Of a stretch of 64,000 bases of DNA, positions 63,650-64,000 are shown in pieces. Numbering within the stretch: the first letter of the stretch is position 1; each line of letters starts with the position of its first letter. The stretch is from NCBI GenBank assembly GCA_965112735.1, contig OZ218959.1:682001-746000 (forward strand), in the 5' to 3' direction. Source of the stretch: Phaeosaccion multiseriatum. Its lineage: Eukaryota > Protista > Ochrophyta, other classes. The notes beneath the pieces were generated by a model. It had not been told where the DNA came from and did not search any database. It was given only the letters and a program-made list of their open reading frames with translations. Both the position numbers and the translations under genes were made by a program.

Positions 63650-64000
63650 AATGCCGGCTTTGGGCATTTTTGATCCCAGCACAGAGCCAGATTGGGCCAT
63701 TTGAGCCCATCCAAGGCCCCACTTGGCGCTGTTGTGGCAATGTAGTATCTCAGTTGGGCCTGTTGCGCTGAGCCAATGCCCGGCGTGGGCATGTTGTGGC
63801 CAGCAAACGCGTCGTTCGGGCTGTGTGTGCGCCACAAATGCCGGCTTTGGGCATTTTTGGTCCCAGCACAGAGCCAGATTGGGCCATTTGAGCCCATCCA
63901 AGGCCCCACTTGGCGCTGTTGTGGCAATGTAGTATCTCAGTTGGGCCTGTTGGGCTGAGCCAATGCCCGGCGTGGGCATGTTGTGGCCAGCAAACGCGTC
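63650..64000 (+). repeat. 187-bp tandem satellite array running off the window end
   Basis: atgccggctttgggcattttt at 63651 and 63838 gives a period of 187; the units are nearly identical. Confidence 0.93.

Noticed and set aside
25650-63672. Roughly 24-bp target-site duplication making the 38-kb block one insertion
   Set aside because: The overlap is just shared satellite sequence. The left break is explained by an LTR terminus, and no matching element end exists on the right.
63650-64000. CRISPR array or coding ORFs in the terminal repeats
   Set aside because: Whole-unit tandem repeats without unique spacers, no cas genes, eukaryotic context.

Overview
GC-rich eukaryotic DNA with short GT-AG introns; a protist or alga is plausible, but the taxon cannot be fixed from sequence alone. 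The window has two sharply different halves. (1) 1-25.4 kb is gene-dense: a 5'-truncated cNMP-domain/polyQ gene, an intron-rich LacZ-type GH2 beta-galactosidase head-to-head with adenylosuccinate lyase, a coiled-coil hypothetical gene, a 66-aa Tom7-like ORF, and a hand-assembled 25-exon gene of about 2,550 aa combining WW domains with a C-terminal pseudokinase. (2) 25.5-64 kb holds no host genes. It runs: a 187-bp satellite monomer cut by an LTR; about 32 kb of (TCC)n-derived polypyrimidine satellite with higher-order duplications, containing a solo LTR, a 100-N gap and a 281-bp hairpin island; a nest of 210-bp-LTR retroelement fragments reciprocally nested with a 5'-truncated Ngaro-like tyrosine-recombinase retrotransposon; and finally a tandem array of the same 187-bp satellite. 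The best candidate for something undescribed is this satellite/TCC/retroelement domain, possibly centromeric or heterochromatic. The giant ORFs across 26-58 kb are artefacts of the microsatellite. All alignments and exon calls were made by eye.
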